Shown piece by piece: positions 11,863 through 25,066 of a stretch of DNA of 64,000 nucleotides; position 1 is the first letter of the stretch; each line of letters starts with the position of its first letter. This stretch comes from Eledone cirrhosa (lineage: Eukaryota). Location of the stretch: the NCBI GenBank assembly GCA_964016885.1, contig OZ024753.1:24738001-24802000 (forward strand), given 5' to 3'. The notes beneath the pieces were generated by a model. It ran no database searches. It was not told the origin of the DNA and was given only the letters and a program-made list of their open reading frames with translations. The translations under genes and the position numbers were made by a program.

Positions 11863-12165
11863 CAGTACCCAATCCACCCTGTAAAATGGTCATGTTGGTG
11901 ACTTGACAGAAAAGCACCCAGTCCACCCTGTAAAGTGGTCATGTTGGTGACTTGACAGAAAAGCACCCAGTCCACCCTGTAAAGCGGTCATGTTGGTGAC
12001 TTGACAGAAAAGCACCCAGTCCACCCTGTAAAGTAGTCGTTTTGGTGACAAGACAAGAAGTGTCCAGTGCACACTGTAGAGTAGTCATTTTGATGACAAG
12101 ACAAAAAGTATCCAGTGCACACTGTAAAATGGTTGTGTTGGCGCCACGATAAAAAGCACCCAATA
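11863..12165 (+). repeat. 48-bp minisatellite (~6 units), RTE 3'UTR-derived variant
   Basis: aaagcacccagtccaccctgtaaagtggtcatgttggtgacttgacag, period 48. Confidence 0.8.
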
Positions 12166-12185
12166 CATTTTCCTATATATATATA

Positions 12186-12465
12186 CTTCGTTTTTTTAAT
12201 TTGTTTTGCAAGATTTCTTATCTGAAAACAGGTGTTGAAACAGATATTGTTATACTTTGGGAGGGTCATGTTGCCAATAAAAACTCACACACCTGTTGGT
12301 TTTCACTTCAATTTATTACAAATTTCTGGTTGGTTGGTTGGTTTGATAATCAGATGGTTGTTTATATATTGTGAAAGCTCTTTCGTCACACATTCTGTAA
12401 CCTCCCCAGTGACTGGGTTTTTATTTTTTATCCCTCCTTTGTTCTATCCTACACCATATTGTTTG
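12186..12465 (+). mobile_element. Single-arm copy of the repeat that forms the 40249-40764 palindrome
   Basis: gttatactttgggagggtcatgttgccaataa...ctttcgtcacacattctgt also occurs at 9984-10120 and 40195-40500. Confidence 0.75.
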
Positions 12466-13470
12466 GTGTGTTTATAATAACCACATCAGTGCCATCCAGT
12501 ACCAGGCTCCTAAACTATGGTTCTGCTGTGAGATGGGTTCAATGCAGCCAACTGGTCTGTCCCTCCTCATAACTGTAAATGTGCTTGGTATTAGGAAGGG
12601 CATCCAGCTGCAAAATCCCCAGACAAATTTAGTCCTCATCAGAGCAAGGTATGGCATGGCAAATTTTGGCCAGACTTGAGACCCAACGTGGATGACCTGT
12701 CTAACCGATGCAAGCATGGAAAAATGGACACTAAGCGGTGATGATGATGATGATTGAGTGCACTTATTGGAGAGAGAATGATTTTTCTTGGATTACTGAG
12801 TGAAAAAAAGTATGAACTCAGTTTGGATCTAGCTGTCGAAACGGCTGGAGATCAGCTGTCGGGGTCCTGACTCTTTCTCTATGTATATACTGTATGTATA
12901 TATGTCATACACTGTGAAATGCTGACTCTTCCTGAGAATCATGTTAAAAATATATGTATCTGTGGAACAGTCACCCACTTAGATGCTAATTTAAAAAGTA
13001 GGCAATACCATTCATCAAACAACTGGAACACTCATTGTCTAAACCAAAGGCCCATTAGTAATAGTATTATCATCATTATATTACGTCTGATATTGATCTG
13101 TGTGGAAATGATAGATTGGAAAGTGTAAAAATTACTTTTACTGTCCTCCATGAGAATTGTTTCTCGAAATAAAATTGAGTTTTGAAAAAAATAATTTACA
13201 ATGAGAAAAAATTTTCAATGTGTTTTATTTTTAACATTTTATGCTATAGATACTTTCTGCCTTAATAATCAGTGTTTTTATTTTTATATTCAACAAATGT
13301 ATTCTTATCTATTAAACAAATCAACATTTTCAATATATTTTATATTCTCAAACCTGACTGACTTTATTTTACAATTGGTGTCTTTATTGTCAGTGTGTGC
13401 TCCCAGTTTAGAATAGTTAGACGCTGTCAATGATTTGGCTGTGGAAGCAGCTATCATGCTATGTTGATAT

Positions 13471-13815
13471 TCAACGAGTCAGCTGAAAAGTTCATGGGCT
13501 GGCTATGAAGGAGTGATACTAGAGCTGTGAAATCTTGCAAACATTAATTTTAAATCTTATTAATCAATAACTGTATTGTTTCTTTCTAGGGACTATATTG
13601 AAAAATAAACCTCATTTGGTCATTCCATGATCAACCTATGAACTTTTCAGTCTACAAAGGAGTGATGTTAGAGCTGTGAAATCTTGCAAACATTAATTTC
13701 AAATCTTATTAATAACTGCATTGTTTCTTTGAGGATGCTGCATTGAAAAATACCTCAGTTGGTCATTCCAGGAGAGTATCTTGGTCACCTATAAACTTTT
13801 CAGCTGACCCTTGTA
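13471..13815. mobile_element. mariner-type MITE with internal duplication
   Basis: Termini gtcagctgaaaagttcat... / ...ataaacttttcagctgacccttgta. An internal ~150-bp block (ggagtgat..agagctgtgaaatcttgcaaacattaat) is repeated. Confidence 0.7.
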
Positions 13816-13949
13816 ACTATACATAAGAATATAGTTCAATAACTATACATAAACAGTTCAATACCATGAATATATAACTATGTTAACAGTGATGGCAAAG
13901 TTTACCAAGAAACATATGAAAAGGAATTGGGTCAATTTATTATGGAGCC

Positions 13950-16900
13950 AGAGGACATTGCTGGAAGTAAGAGGGCCAGTGACATGAGAGGACATTGCTG
14001 GAAGTAAGAGGGCCAGTGACATGAGAGGTCCATGAAGGAAGTAAGAGGTCCAGTGACATGAGAGGGCCATGCTGGAAGTAAGAGGGCCAGTGACATGAGA
14101 GGGCCATGCTGGAAGTAAGAGGGCCAGTGACATGAGAGGGCCATGAAGGAAGTAAGAGGGCCATGATGGAAGTAAGAGGACCAGTGATATGAGAGGGCCA
14201 TGATGGAAGTAAGAGGTCCAGTGACATGAGAGGGCCATGATGGAAGTGAGAGTGCCAGCGACATGAGAGGGCCATGCTGGAATTAAAAGGGCCAGTGACA
14301 TGAAAGGACATTGCTGGAGGTAAGAGGGCCAGTGACATGAGAGGGCCATGCTGGAAGTAAGAGGGCCAGTGACATGATAGGGCCATGCTGGAGGTATAAG
14401 CTCCAGTGACATGAGAGGGCCATGATGGAAGTATGAGGTCCAGTGACATGAGAGGGCCATTAAGGAAGTAAGAGGACCAGTGACATGAGAGGGCCATTAA
14501 GGAAGTAAGAGGGCCATTGACATGAGAGGGCCATGATGGAAGTAAGAGGTCCAGTGACATGAGAGGGCCATGCTGGAAGTAAGAGGGCCAGTGACATGAG
14601 AGGGCCATGATGGAAGTAAGAGGGCCAGTGACATGAGAGGGCCATTAAGGAAGTAAGAGGACCAGTGACATGAGAGCGCCATTAAGGAAGTAAGAGGGCC
14701 AGTGACATGAGAGGGCCATTAAGGAAGTAAGAGGACCAGTGACATGAGAGGACCATTAAGGAAGTAAGAGGGCCAGTGACATGAGAGGGCCATGATGGAA
14801 GTAAGAGGTCCAGTGACATGAGAGGACCATTAAGGAAGTAAGAGGGCCAGTGACATGAGAGGGCCATGCTGGAAGTAAGAGGACCAGTGACATGAGAGGG
14901 CCATGCTGGAAGTAAGAGGACCAGTGACATGAGAGGGCCATGCTGGAAGTAAGAGAACCAGTGACATGAGAGGGCCATGCTGGAAGTAAGAGGACCAGTG
15001 ACATGAGAGGGCCATGCTGGAAGTAAGAGGACCAGTGACATGAGAGGGCCATGCTGGAAGTAAGAGGACCAGTGACATGAGAGGGCCATGCTGGAAGTAA
15101 GAGGACCAGTGACATGAGAGGGCCATGCTGGAAGTAAGAGGACCAGTGACATGAGAGGGCCATTAAGGAAGTAAGAGGGCCAGTGACATGAGAGGGCCAT
15201 GATGGAAGTAAGAGGTCCAGTAACATGAGAGGGCCATGCTGGAAGTAAGAGGACCAGTGACATGAGAGGGCCATGATGGAAGTAAGAGGTCCAGTGACAT
15301 GAGAGCGCCATTAAGGAAGTAAGAGGGCCAGTGACATGAGAGGGCCATTAAGGAAGTAAGAGGACCAGTGACATGAGAGGGCCAGTGACATGAGAGGGCC
15401 ATTAAGGAAGTAAGAGGACCAGTGACATGAGAGGACCATTAAGGAAGTAAGAGGGCCAGTGACATGAGAGGGCCATGATGGAAGTAAGAGGTCCAGTGAC
15501 ATGAGAGGACCATTAAGGAAGTAAGAGGGCCAGTGACATGAGAGGGCCATTAAGGAAGTAAGAGGACCAGTGACATGAGAGGGCCATGCTGGAAGTAAGA
15601 GGTCCAGTGACATGAGAGGGCCATTAAGGAAGTAAGAGGGCCAGTGACATGAGAGGGCCATGCTGGAAGTAAGAGGTCCAGTGACATGAGAGGGCCATGA
15701 TGGAAGTAAGAGGTCCAGTGACATGAGAGGGCCATGATGGAAGTAAGAGGTCCAGTGACATGAGAGGGCCATTAAGGAAGTAAGAGGGCCAGTGACATGA
15801 GAGGGCCATGCTGGAAGTAAGAGGGCCAGTGACATGAGAGGGCCATGCTGGAAGTAAGAGGGCCAGTGACATGAGAGGGCCATGATGGAAGTGAGAGGAC
15901 CAATGACATGAGAGGACCATTAAGGAAGTAAGAGGTCCAGTGTCATGAGAGGGCCATGATGGAAGTAAGAGGTCCAGTGACATGAGAGGGCCATTAAGGA
16001 AGTAAGAGGACCAGTGACATGAGAGGGCCATGCTGGAAGTAAGAGGGCCAGTGACATGAGAGGGCCATGCTGGAAGTAAGAGGGCCAGTGACATGAGAGG
16101 GCCATGATGGAAGTAAGAGGTCCAGTGACATGAGAGGGCCATTAAGGAAGTAAGAGGACCAGTGACATGAGAGGGCCATGCTGGAAGTAAGAGGGCCAGT
16201 GACATGAGAGGGCCATGATGGAAGTAAGAGGTCCAGTGACATGAGAGGGCCATGATGGAAGTAAGAGGTCCAGTGTCATGAGAGGGCCATGCTGGAAGTA
16301 AGAGGGCCAGTGACATGAGAGGGCCATGCTGGAAGTAAGAGGGCCAGTGACATGAGAGGGCCATGCTGGAAGTAAGAGGGCCAGTGACATGAGAGGGCCA
16401 TGCTGGAAGTAAGAGGTCCAGTGACATGAGAGGGCCATTAAGGAAGTAAGAGGACCAGTGACATGAGAGGACCATTAAGGAAGTAAGAGGTCCAGTGTCA
16501 TGAGAGGGCCATTAAGGAAGTAAGAGGACCAGTGACATGAGAGGACCATTAAGGAAGTAAGAGGACCAGTGACATGAGAGGACCATTAAGGAAGTAAGAG
16601 GTCCAGTGTCATGAGAGGGCCATTAAGGAAGTAAGAGGACCAGTGACATGAGAGGGCCATGATGGAAGTAAGAGGACCAGTGACATGAGAGGACCATTAA
16701 GGAAGTAAGAGGTCCAGTGTCATGAGAGGGCCATTAAGGAAGTAAGAGGACCAGTGACATGAGAGGACCATTAAGGAAGTAAGAGGACCAGTGACATGAG
16801 AGGGCCAGTGACATGAGAGGGCCATTAAGGAAGTAAGAGGTCCAGTGACATGAGAGGGCCATTAAGGAAGTAAGAGGACCAGTGACATGAGAGGGCCATG

Positions 16901-19395
16901 CTGGAAGTAAGAGGGCCAGTGACATGAGAGGGCCATTAAGGAAGTAAGAGGACCAGTGACATGGGAGGACCATGATGGAAGTAAGAGGTCCAGTGACATG
17001 AGAGGGCCATTAAGGAAGTAAGAGGACCAGTGACATGAGAGGGCCATGATGGAAGTAAGAGGACCAGTGACATGAGAGGGCCATGATGGAAGTAAGAGGA
17101 CCAGTGACATGAGAGGGCCATTAAGGAAGTAAGAGGACCAGTGACATGAGAGGGCCATGATGGAAGTAAGAGGACCAGTGACATGAGAGGGCCATGATGG
17201 AAGTAAGAGGACCAGTGACATGAGAGGGCCATTAAGGAAGTAAGAGGACCAGTGACATGAGAGGGCCATGATGGAAGTAAGAGGTCCAGTGACATGAGAG
17301 GGCCATTAAGGAAGTAAGAGGTCCAGTGACATGAGAGGGCCATTAAGGAAGTAAGAGGTCCAGTGACATGAGAGGGCCATGCTGGAAGTAAGAGGACCAG
17401 TGACATGAGAGGACCATGCTGGAAGTAAGAGGTCCAGTGTCATGAGAGGGCCATGATGGAAGTAAGAGGTCCAGTGACATGAGAGGGCCATTAAGGAAGT
17501 AAGAGGTCCAGTGACATGAGAGGGCCATGAAGGAAGTAAGAGGTCTAGTGACATGAGAGGGCCATTAAGGAAGTAAGAGGACCAGTGACATGAGAGGACC
17601 ATTAAGGAAGTAAGAGGTCCAGTGTCATGAGAGGGCCATTAAGGAAGTAAGAGGACCAGTGACATGAGAGGACCATTAAGGAAGTAAGAGGACCAGTGAC
17701 ATGAGAGGACCATTAAGGAAGTAAGAGGTCCAGTGTCATGAGAGGGCCATTAAGGAAGTAAGAGGACCAGTGACATGAGAGGGCCATGATGGAAGTAAGA
17801 GGACCAGTGACATGAGAGGACCATTAAGGAAGTAAGAGGTCCAGTGTCATGAGAGGGCCATTAAGGAAGTAAGAGGACCAGTGACATGAGAGGACCATTA
17901 AGGAAGTAAGAGGACCAGTGACATGAGAGGGCCAGTGACATGAGAGGGCCATTAAGGAAGTAAGAGGTCCAGTGACATGAGAGGGCCATTAAGGAAGTAA
18001 GAGGACCAGTGACATGAGAGGGCCATGCTGGAAGTAAGAGGGCCAGTGACATGAGAGGGCCATTAAGGAAGTAAGAGGACCAGTGACATGGGAGGACCAT
18101 GATGGAAGTAAGAGGTCCAGTGACATGAGAGGGCCATTAAGGAAGTAAGAGGACCAGTGACATGAGAGGGCCATGATGGAAGTAAGAGGACCAGTGACAT
18201 GAGAGGGCCATGATGGAAGTAAGAGGACCAGTGACATGAGAGGGCCATTAAGGAAGTAAGAGGACCAGTGACATGAGAGGGCCATGATGGAAGTAAGAGG
18301 ACCAGTGACATGAGAGGGCCATGATGGAAGTAAGAGGACCAGTGACATGAGAGGGCCATTAAGGAAGTAAGAGGACCAGTGACATGAGAGGGCCATGATG
18401 GAAGTAAGAGGTCCAGTGACATGAGAGGGCCATTAAGGAAGTAAGAGGTCCAGTGACATGAGAGGGCCATTAAGGAAGTAAGAGGTCCAGTGACATGAGA
18501 GGGCCAGTGACATGAGAGGGCCATGCTGGAAGTAAGAGGACCAGTGACATGAGAGGACCATGCTGGAAGTAAGAGGTCCAGTGTCATGAGAGGGCCATGA
18601 TGGAAGTAAGAGGTCCAGTGACATGAGAGGGCCATTAAGGAAGTAAGAGGTCCAGTGACATGAGAGGGCCATGAAGGAAGTAAGAGGTCTAGTGACATGA
18701 GAGGGCTATGATGGAAGTAAGAGGTCCATTGACAAGATAGGGCCATGAAGGAAGTAAGAGGTCCAGTGACATGAGAGGGCCATGAAGGAAGTAAGAGGTC
18801 CAGTGACATGAGAGGGCCATGATGGAAGTAAGAGGTCCATTGACAAGATAGGGCCATGAAGGAAGTAAGAGGTCCAGTGACATGAGAGGGCCATGAAGGA
18901 AGTAAGAGGTCCAGTGACATGAGAGGGCCATGAAGGAAGTAAGAGGTCTAGTGACATGAGAGGGCTATGATGGAAGTAAGAGGTCCATTGACAAGATAGG
19001 GCCATGCTGGAAGTATAAGGGCCAGTGACATGAGAGGGACATGCTAGATGTAAGAGCGCCAGTGATATGAGAGGGCCATGATAGAAGTAAGAAGGCCAGT
19101 GACATGAGAGGGCCACGATGGAAGTAAGAGAGCCAGTGACATGAGAGGGCCATGCTGGAAGTGAGTGTGTTAGCGACATGAGAGGGCCATGCTGGAATTA
19201 AAAGGGCCAGTGACATGAGAGGACATTGCTGGAAGTAAGAGGGCCAGTGACATGAGAGGGCCATGCCAGAAGTATAAGGGCCTGTGATGTCATGGGACTA
19301 GAGGGCCATGTTGGAAGTAAGAAGGCCAGTGATATGAGAGGACTATGCTGGAAGTATAAGGGTGATGACATCATGGGTCAGAGGGCCTTGAAGTG
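13950..19395 (+). repeat. 37-bp satellite, ~5.4 kb (~145 units)
   Basis: Unit gagggccatgctggaagtaagagggccagtgacatga consists of 20+17-bp subrepeats both starting gagggcca. Variants gct/gat/taa/gaa. Confidence 0.97.
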
Positions 19396-20462
19396 GCAGG
19401 GAACTGCGACATTAGCGACATTATGGAAGATGAGGCAGGGAGCAACAGCAGCATTGGCGGCTTTTCTAGCCCTCTTTGATCAACGATCATTGGGGAAGAA
19501 GGTTGTGGTTTTTGCTCTGTGTGTAGGGGACACATGGGGATATTTTCTGGCAATACGGTAGAGTTTGACTGGACTATTAAGGACCACGGATATACGGCAA
19601 TCTGGAAAAGGTCAACCAGTAAGCCGTCCTGCGAGGTAGATGAACTATGTTTTTCACCCCATGTACCACAGGTAAGTAGAGTCATAAAATAAAATAAGAT
19701 GTACCCTGAATCGATTTCTGAATAGACAAACTCCAGAAAAATATAGATATCTGTGTGGAGGAAAGGGATAAGTAAGCAAACAGTAAGACATATTGACCCT
19801 TTTATTACCATCTTGTATGGGAAATCAGCAACCCTGCTGCAGTACTGACTTGGCCTATATAAACCCATCCAACCCTTCCCAGCAGGGAAAGAGTATGTTA
19901 AAATAACAATCGGGATTTCTAATGAAAGATATTGCCTATGATTTTCAAATCAAGGAGTTGGAAGGATTTAGTAATATAACTAACTTTATCTGATGTTTGA
20001 CATATAACTTAAATAAAACAGTTTTTACATAAAATTATAATAGAAAATCTTTAGATAAATATAAACACTTTAAAACAAACAGTTGTGTATAATAAAGTGA
20101 TAGAACAGTTTCAGACAGTTTAATATCAAAAGGACTAAATATTGATGTTAAAGGAGACTTGTTTATAATATTCTGCCAGCAGTTGTGACCGGTAGGTAGT
20201 ATCAGCAATGGAAAGACCAATGGAAACATTGCTTCCTTGGTCCAATTTGATCAAATCCACCCCACTCAGTAAGTGAATGAGGTCAGGAGTCTTGTCAATT
20301 GATTCAATCAATATCCATAATATGAAAAGTAACAATAGAGTTGTAGCAGTTGCCTCCCTTGTTGTGACACTCACAACCCCAATAGATTAACACCATCTAG
20401 ACAGGAAGTAGAACCCTTTCTGTAACTTCCAGTCAGAACCCTATAAAACTAACAACTTTAAG

Positions 20463-21590
20463 TTCTCACTCTCTCATTTGCCTTTCCGGCGCCTGGCCTT
20501 CGCCTGGCGTCTTCTGCCAGCAGCGTTTGCCTGGCAATCAAAACGGTAACTACTAACTTTGCTTCATTCTTTCGTTTATTCATTGACATGTCAACTATAC
20601 TGTTAAATTGTTGATTAAATATTATACACACAAACCATGTCTCCTTGTTACATTCATACACACTAGTATTTCGGTATATTGGTGACCCCGACGTGATACG
20701 AACACGCAACCATTCATCGCTATAAAGTGGTGACCCCGAAAAAAGAAAAAAATAGCAGAATCTGGTGTTGTGTGAGTAACATTACGAATACACAGCAAAT
20801 TTATTGACAAACTATGAAAATACTCAGTCAAAGAAACGCACACACGCACATGTGAAACTTTCGTGCAGACACTCTTTTTCCCTCACACATCCACTAACTG
20901 TCGCAGTTTGCTGTATATATATATGTTTCTCCAAGAAACGAACACACCACGCACATGTGAAATTCGCGTTCAGACAGACTTTTTCTCTCACGCATTAACT
21001 AACTGTCGCATTTCACGATATATATATATGTTTCTCGTTTCTTACAACAAACACTTTCAAAACAACAAAAAAAAAAAGAAATTGGATATTTTTTTTTTTA
21101 AAAACATTTCAACAGGAACATTTATTTTTGATGAACCATTGCCTTTTTTTTTTTCATCGTTTTCTTCATCGTTTTTTTTTGTTTTTTTTTTCCAAAGTTC
21201 ACACCAATAATTATGCTAAGTGAAGCCTTTCTTTTTCATCATTGTCACTTTCACACCCACATTTTTTTTCAAAATGGCTGCCAACGACCCGTTGCACTAT
21301 CATTTTCTCGCGCATTAGAAATATTATTTTTTCAACCTAACTTAACCTTGTATTGGCACGTGTAGGCAGCACAAATTCTCGACTCACAGAGATAGCCGCA
21401 CGCCAGAGATAATGTTTCTCGCCAAGGATTCTTCAGCCTTAAGCTATATTCTCCTATTTGCCGGTTTAAAAATTTACCACGTAAATTTGCCGTTGAAAAC
21501 TGCGCATTTATTCAGAATGCTTATTTCTTTGGTCGCTGGCCTCTTGACCCTTCCAGGTCAACGCATTCTCAACATCGACCATCAACTTTG
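20463..21590. other. CpG-rich unclassified segment, probably a non-autonomous DNA transposon
   Basis: Many CpGs against a depleted background. Internal duplication aagaaacg.acaca..cgcacatgtgaaa at 20830 and 20933; poly-T tracts; aacctaacttaacc at 21334. Confidence 0.35.
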
Positions 21591-21619
21591 GCTGTTATTT
21601 CTAGCACTGTTTAGATATG

Positions 21620-23640
21620 ATACCCAAAAGCAAGTCCAGTCCAGTACATTAAAGAAACCTGATGGATATCAAACCAGAACTGATAGAGAATGGACAGATA
21701 TATTAAATAATTTCTTTACTAACTTATTTATTGAGTATAAAGAAACATTTACATTCAATCAAGCATCAAGTCAGCTATAAGAAGATGAAGTTTGAAGTAT
21801 GAAGATAAAAACTCATTTAAGTTAACTACTGGAAGACATATAGTAGAATTTCAGAATATTGATGAAGGTGGTCATAGAAAAAGGGTTAAAAAGAAATATT
21901 TATAAAGCTGTTGGATCAGATTTATGTGTATCCTATAAAATTAAGTGAAGCAGTGTCAAAGGTCAACCACTCAAGATATTGTCCAATAAATCTTTGAAAG
22001 AAATCAAATTGGTGGAGGATTGGAAAGACTGCAGTTATATTACAGCATTGCATAAGAAAGGTGGTCAGAAGATGAGAGAATTACCAATTTCTTTAACTTC
22101 TCTTGTAGCAAAGTTAATGGAGAATAGTTTAAAAGGGGAAAGTATTGGATCATTTAATAAATAATCACTTAACAGGATGTTAAGATGGCGTTACAAGTGA
22201 ACAGTTGATGTTTAATAAATCTATTTGAAGCATTCAAAGATTAGGCATAATATTATGCGGTGGATTGGCAGTATCGGTAGAGGGTCGGACGCCATACTTT
22301 GCAGTATATAGTTACGCCCCTTTATGGTCTGAGTTCAAATCCTGCCAAGGTTAACTTTGCCTTTCATCCTTACAGGGTCGATAAAATAAAGTACCAGTAA
22401 TGCACTGGGATAATTGCTGGCCTTGTGCCAAAAATAGAAACAATTATATATTTGGAAGGGCAGTGGATTGGCAGTATCGGTAGAGCAATGGATACCCTGC
22501 TTCATGGCATAGAATTATGGCCCTTTACATTCAAATCCCGGCAAGCAAGATTAGCTTTTCCTTTCCTCCTTACAGGGTCGATAAAATAAAGTACCAGTAA
22601 TGCACCGGGGTCCCCAAAATTGTTGGCTTTGTACCTAAATACAAAACCATTATATATTTGGAGCTTAAAATACATTTGATAGTCTCCTGCCCATCAAAAG
22701 CTGCTATATAAATTTAGGAAGTTGAGAGTAACTGGGAATGTTTTAAATTGGATAAAGGCTTTCTTCTTGACAGGTAGGAAAGAATATGTTACTCAGAATA
22801 GTGTAAATTCCAAAGGAAAGAGTGTAAGAAGTAGTGTACAATAAGGATCAGTTCTTAGAACCATACTGTTATAAACTCAATGTGCAAAATATTTGCAAAT
22901 GATATTAAAATGTATAATAAAGTAATATTTGAAGTAAACCCACTTCATAACGACCTCAGAAGATGCGAAAAATAACTGAAAACATGGAAAGCAGGATTTA
23001 ATAAAAAGAATGCAAAGTTAAACATTTTGGACACAGAAATCCCTGAGCAAATTAATGCACTGGGGTCAATTTAATTGACTTTCCTTTCCCCCAAAATTGC
23101 TGGTCTTGTGCCTAAATCAAAAACCATTATTTAAACTCAGAATAAAGTACCAGTAATGCACTGAGGTTGATTTAATTGACTTCCCCTACCCAAAATTGGG
23201 TATTAAACTGGGAATAATCTGTTGATTTGTACTATACATGTGTGTGGCTACGTCTGCAATTGCTGTTCAACGTTGGTCTCTGTATCTAAGAAAGGATATA
23301 GTGACAAAATTGAAAAATTACAGAGAAAAGCTCCAAAAATGGTAGCTGGAATTACAGATATTACTATATGGAGAAACAGTAAGGAAACTATGACTAAATC
23401 CTCTTGAAGAAAGAAGGAGAAGAGATGATTTAATGGAAAACTTTAAGATTATTAATGGAAAGGAAGAGATTGATAGCTCCAAGCTAGAAATGAAATGAAA
23501 GGACATGGAGATAAAATATTCAAGAAATATGCAAGAAGGAATAAATATTAAGAAATATTTCTTTTCTCAAGGTATGGTGGATTTTCAGAATTCTTTAGCA
23601 AATATGAGTTGCACTTATATAGTGTAAATAAATAAATAAA
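21620..23640 (+). pseudogene. Highly decayed CR1-clade LINE ORF2 (RT), interrupted by SINEs
   Basis: Remnant motifs in order: EDWK..ITALHKKG, PISLTSLVAKLME, S.VQ*GSVL, IFANDIKMY, DKIEKLQRKAPKMV, RRRRDDLMENFKIING, GH..KIFK, KYFFSQ. Confidence 0.8.
22257..22652 (+). mobile_element. Two tandem tRNA-derived SINEs nested in the CR1
   Basis: gtggattggcagtatcggtagag at 22260 and 22463, each followed by ccttacagggtcgataaaataaagtaccag. Confidence 0.8.
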
Positions 23641-23877
23641 AAAATTATGTTTGTTAATTTTGAAACATCTATTATATTAAAGTGCTAATAAGTCTTTCTG
23701 AAGTTGGAAGGCTCATCAGTCCGGTGTTTATATCAGTTTCCAAGACTGAGAGTACAAGACTTCCCACTGGAGTGTGGGAAAGAGCAAAAGAAAGGGGGAA
23801 GGGGCAGAAGCAGCAGCAAATGGTGAAATTATTTTTTTATTTCACACTTTTATGGACAGGAGATGGTAAGTGTGTAT

Positions 23878-23959
23878 GAGAGAGAGAGAGAGGGAGAGAG
23901 AGAGAGAGAGAGAGAGATAAAAGATGAATTACTTTTTAAAACTTCAGTAACACTGTGGA

Positions 23960-24033
<74 letters not shown>

Positions 24034-24432
24034 AAAAGAGAAAGAGGGAAAAGAATGACTGTGAGAGGTGGTAGTACTGAAATTTCCTTTTTTTTTTAAC
24101 CTATGATATACAAATAATATTGAGAAGAAGAAGAAGAAGAAGAAGAAGAAGAAGAAGGAGGAGGAGGAGGAGGGGGGAGAAGAAGAAGGGGGGAGAAGGA
24201 GGAGGAGAAAAAGAAGGAGGAGGAGAAAAGGAAGAAGAAGAAGAAGAAGAAGAAGAAGAAGGAGGGGGAGAAGAAGAAGAAGAAGGAGGAGGAGGAGAAA
24301 AAGAAGAAGAAAAAGAAGAAGAAGAAGAAGAAGAAGAAGAAGAAGAAGAAGAAGAAGAAGAAGGAGGAGGAGGCGGAGAAGAAGAAGAAGAAGAAGAAGA
24401 AGAAGAAGAAGAAGAAGAAGGAGGAGGAGGGG
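23878..24432. repeat. Microsatellite cluster: (GA)n, (GT)n and a 310-bp (GAA/GGA)n purine tract
   Basis: Visible directly at 23878-23916, 23962-24031 and 24123-24432. Confidence 0.95.
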
Positions 24433-24976
24433 GACTGTATGGGTTTTAAAATCTTGATAACTTTATTTTACAACTTGTAGAATCCGAAATCTAGAGAGGG
24501 TAAGTGTGTAATTGTGAGGGTAAGTGTGTAATTGTGTGTGTGTGCATATATATATATATATATGAATTTTGTAGTTATTCTTGAGTGATGAGATAGACAT
24601 AGCCTGAAAATGTACATATATGGTCAACTTCATAAACAATCATGGCGCTGCAGTCTTGTAACATTTGTAGTAAATAAACACTTTGAAAAGTTTAAAATCA
24701 TCGTTGGTGATGTTTACCATCACTTCGAATGAAATAATCAAGGAAATGGGATTTTATTTTTGGTCAGAAAATTATTCCTCGTTGCTTTCATTTAAAAAAA
24801 AAAAGAACAAGAAACAAATAAAAGCATAAAATAGATAAAACAAAATATAAAAATAAAATTCATATTAATTTGATCCATCAAGAATCTAGTCCTACCCATG
24901 CATGGAGGATGGACGTTAAACGATGATGATGTCAGAAAAATCAACATTAAAAAATAAATGAAATAAAAATACTAAC

Positions 24977-25066
24977 ATCTCTTGACTGTTCTTCTCCTTG
25001 TTGGTTTCAACTTTTTTACGAAGGGAAGCTTCATGATCGGAGAGAAGTGTCGACGTTTTCTTGAGA
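24977..25066 (-). CDS. Candidate 90-bp host-gene exon
   Basis: Acceptor ttctctaattttattccag| and donor |gttagt. Two open frames: LKKTSTLLSDHEASLRKKVETNKEKNSQE or SRKRRHFSPIMKLPFVKKLKPTRRRTVKR. Unique in the window and contains CpGs. Confidence 0.45.

Noticed and set aside
13858-19264. Many minus-strand ORFs (MALSCHWPSY...)
   Set aside because: Translations of the 37-bp satellite, cycling through all three frames.
20135-20400. 79-aa minus-strand ORF as a host exon
   Set aside because: No clear donor. Fragments in mixed frames (WGC..NKGG, GRQLL, S.VDLI) look more like a decayed LINE endonuclease, but are too weak to call.
24120-24449. Poly-Arg/Glu ORF
   Set aside because: (GAA/GGA)n microsatellite.
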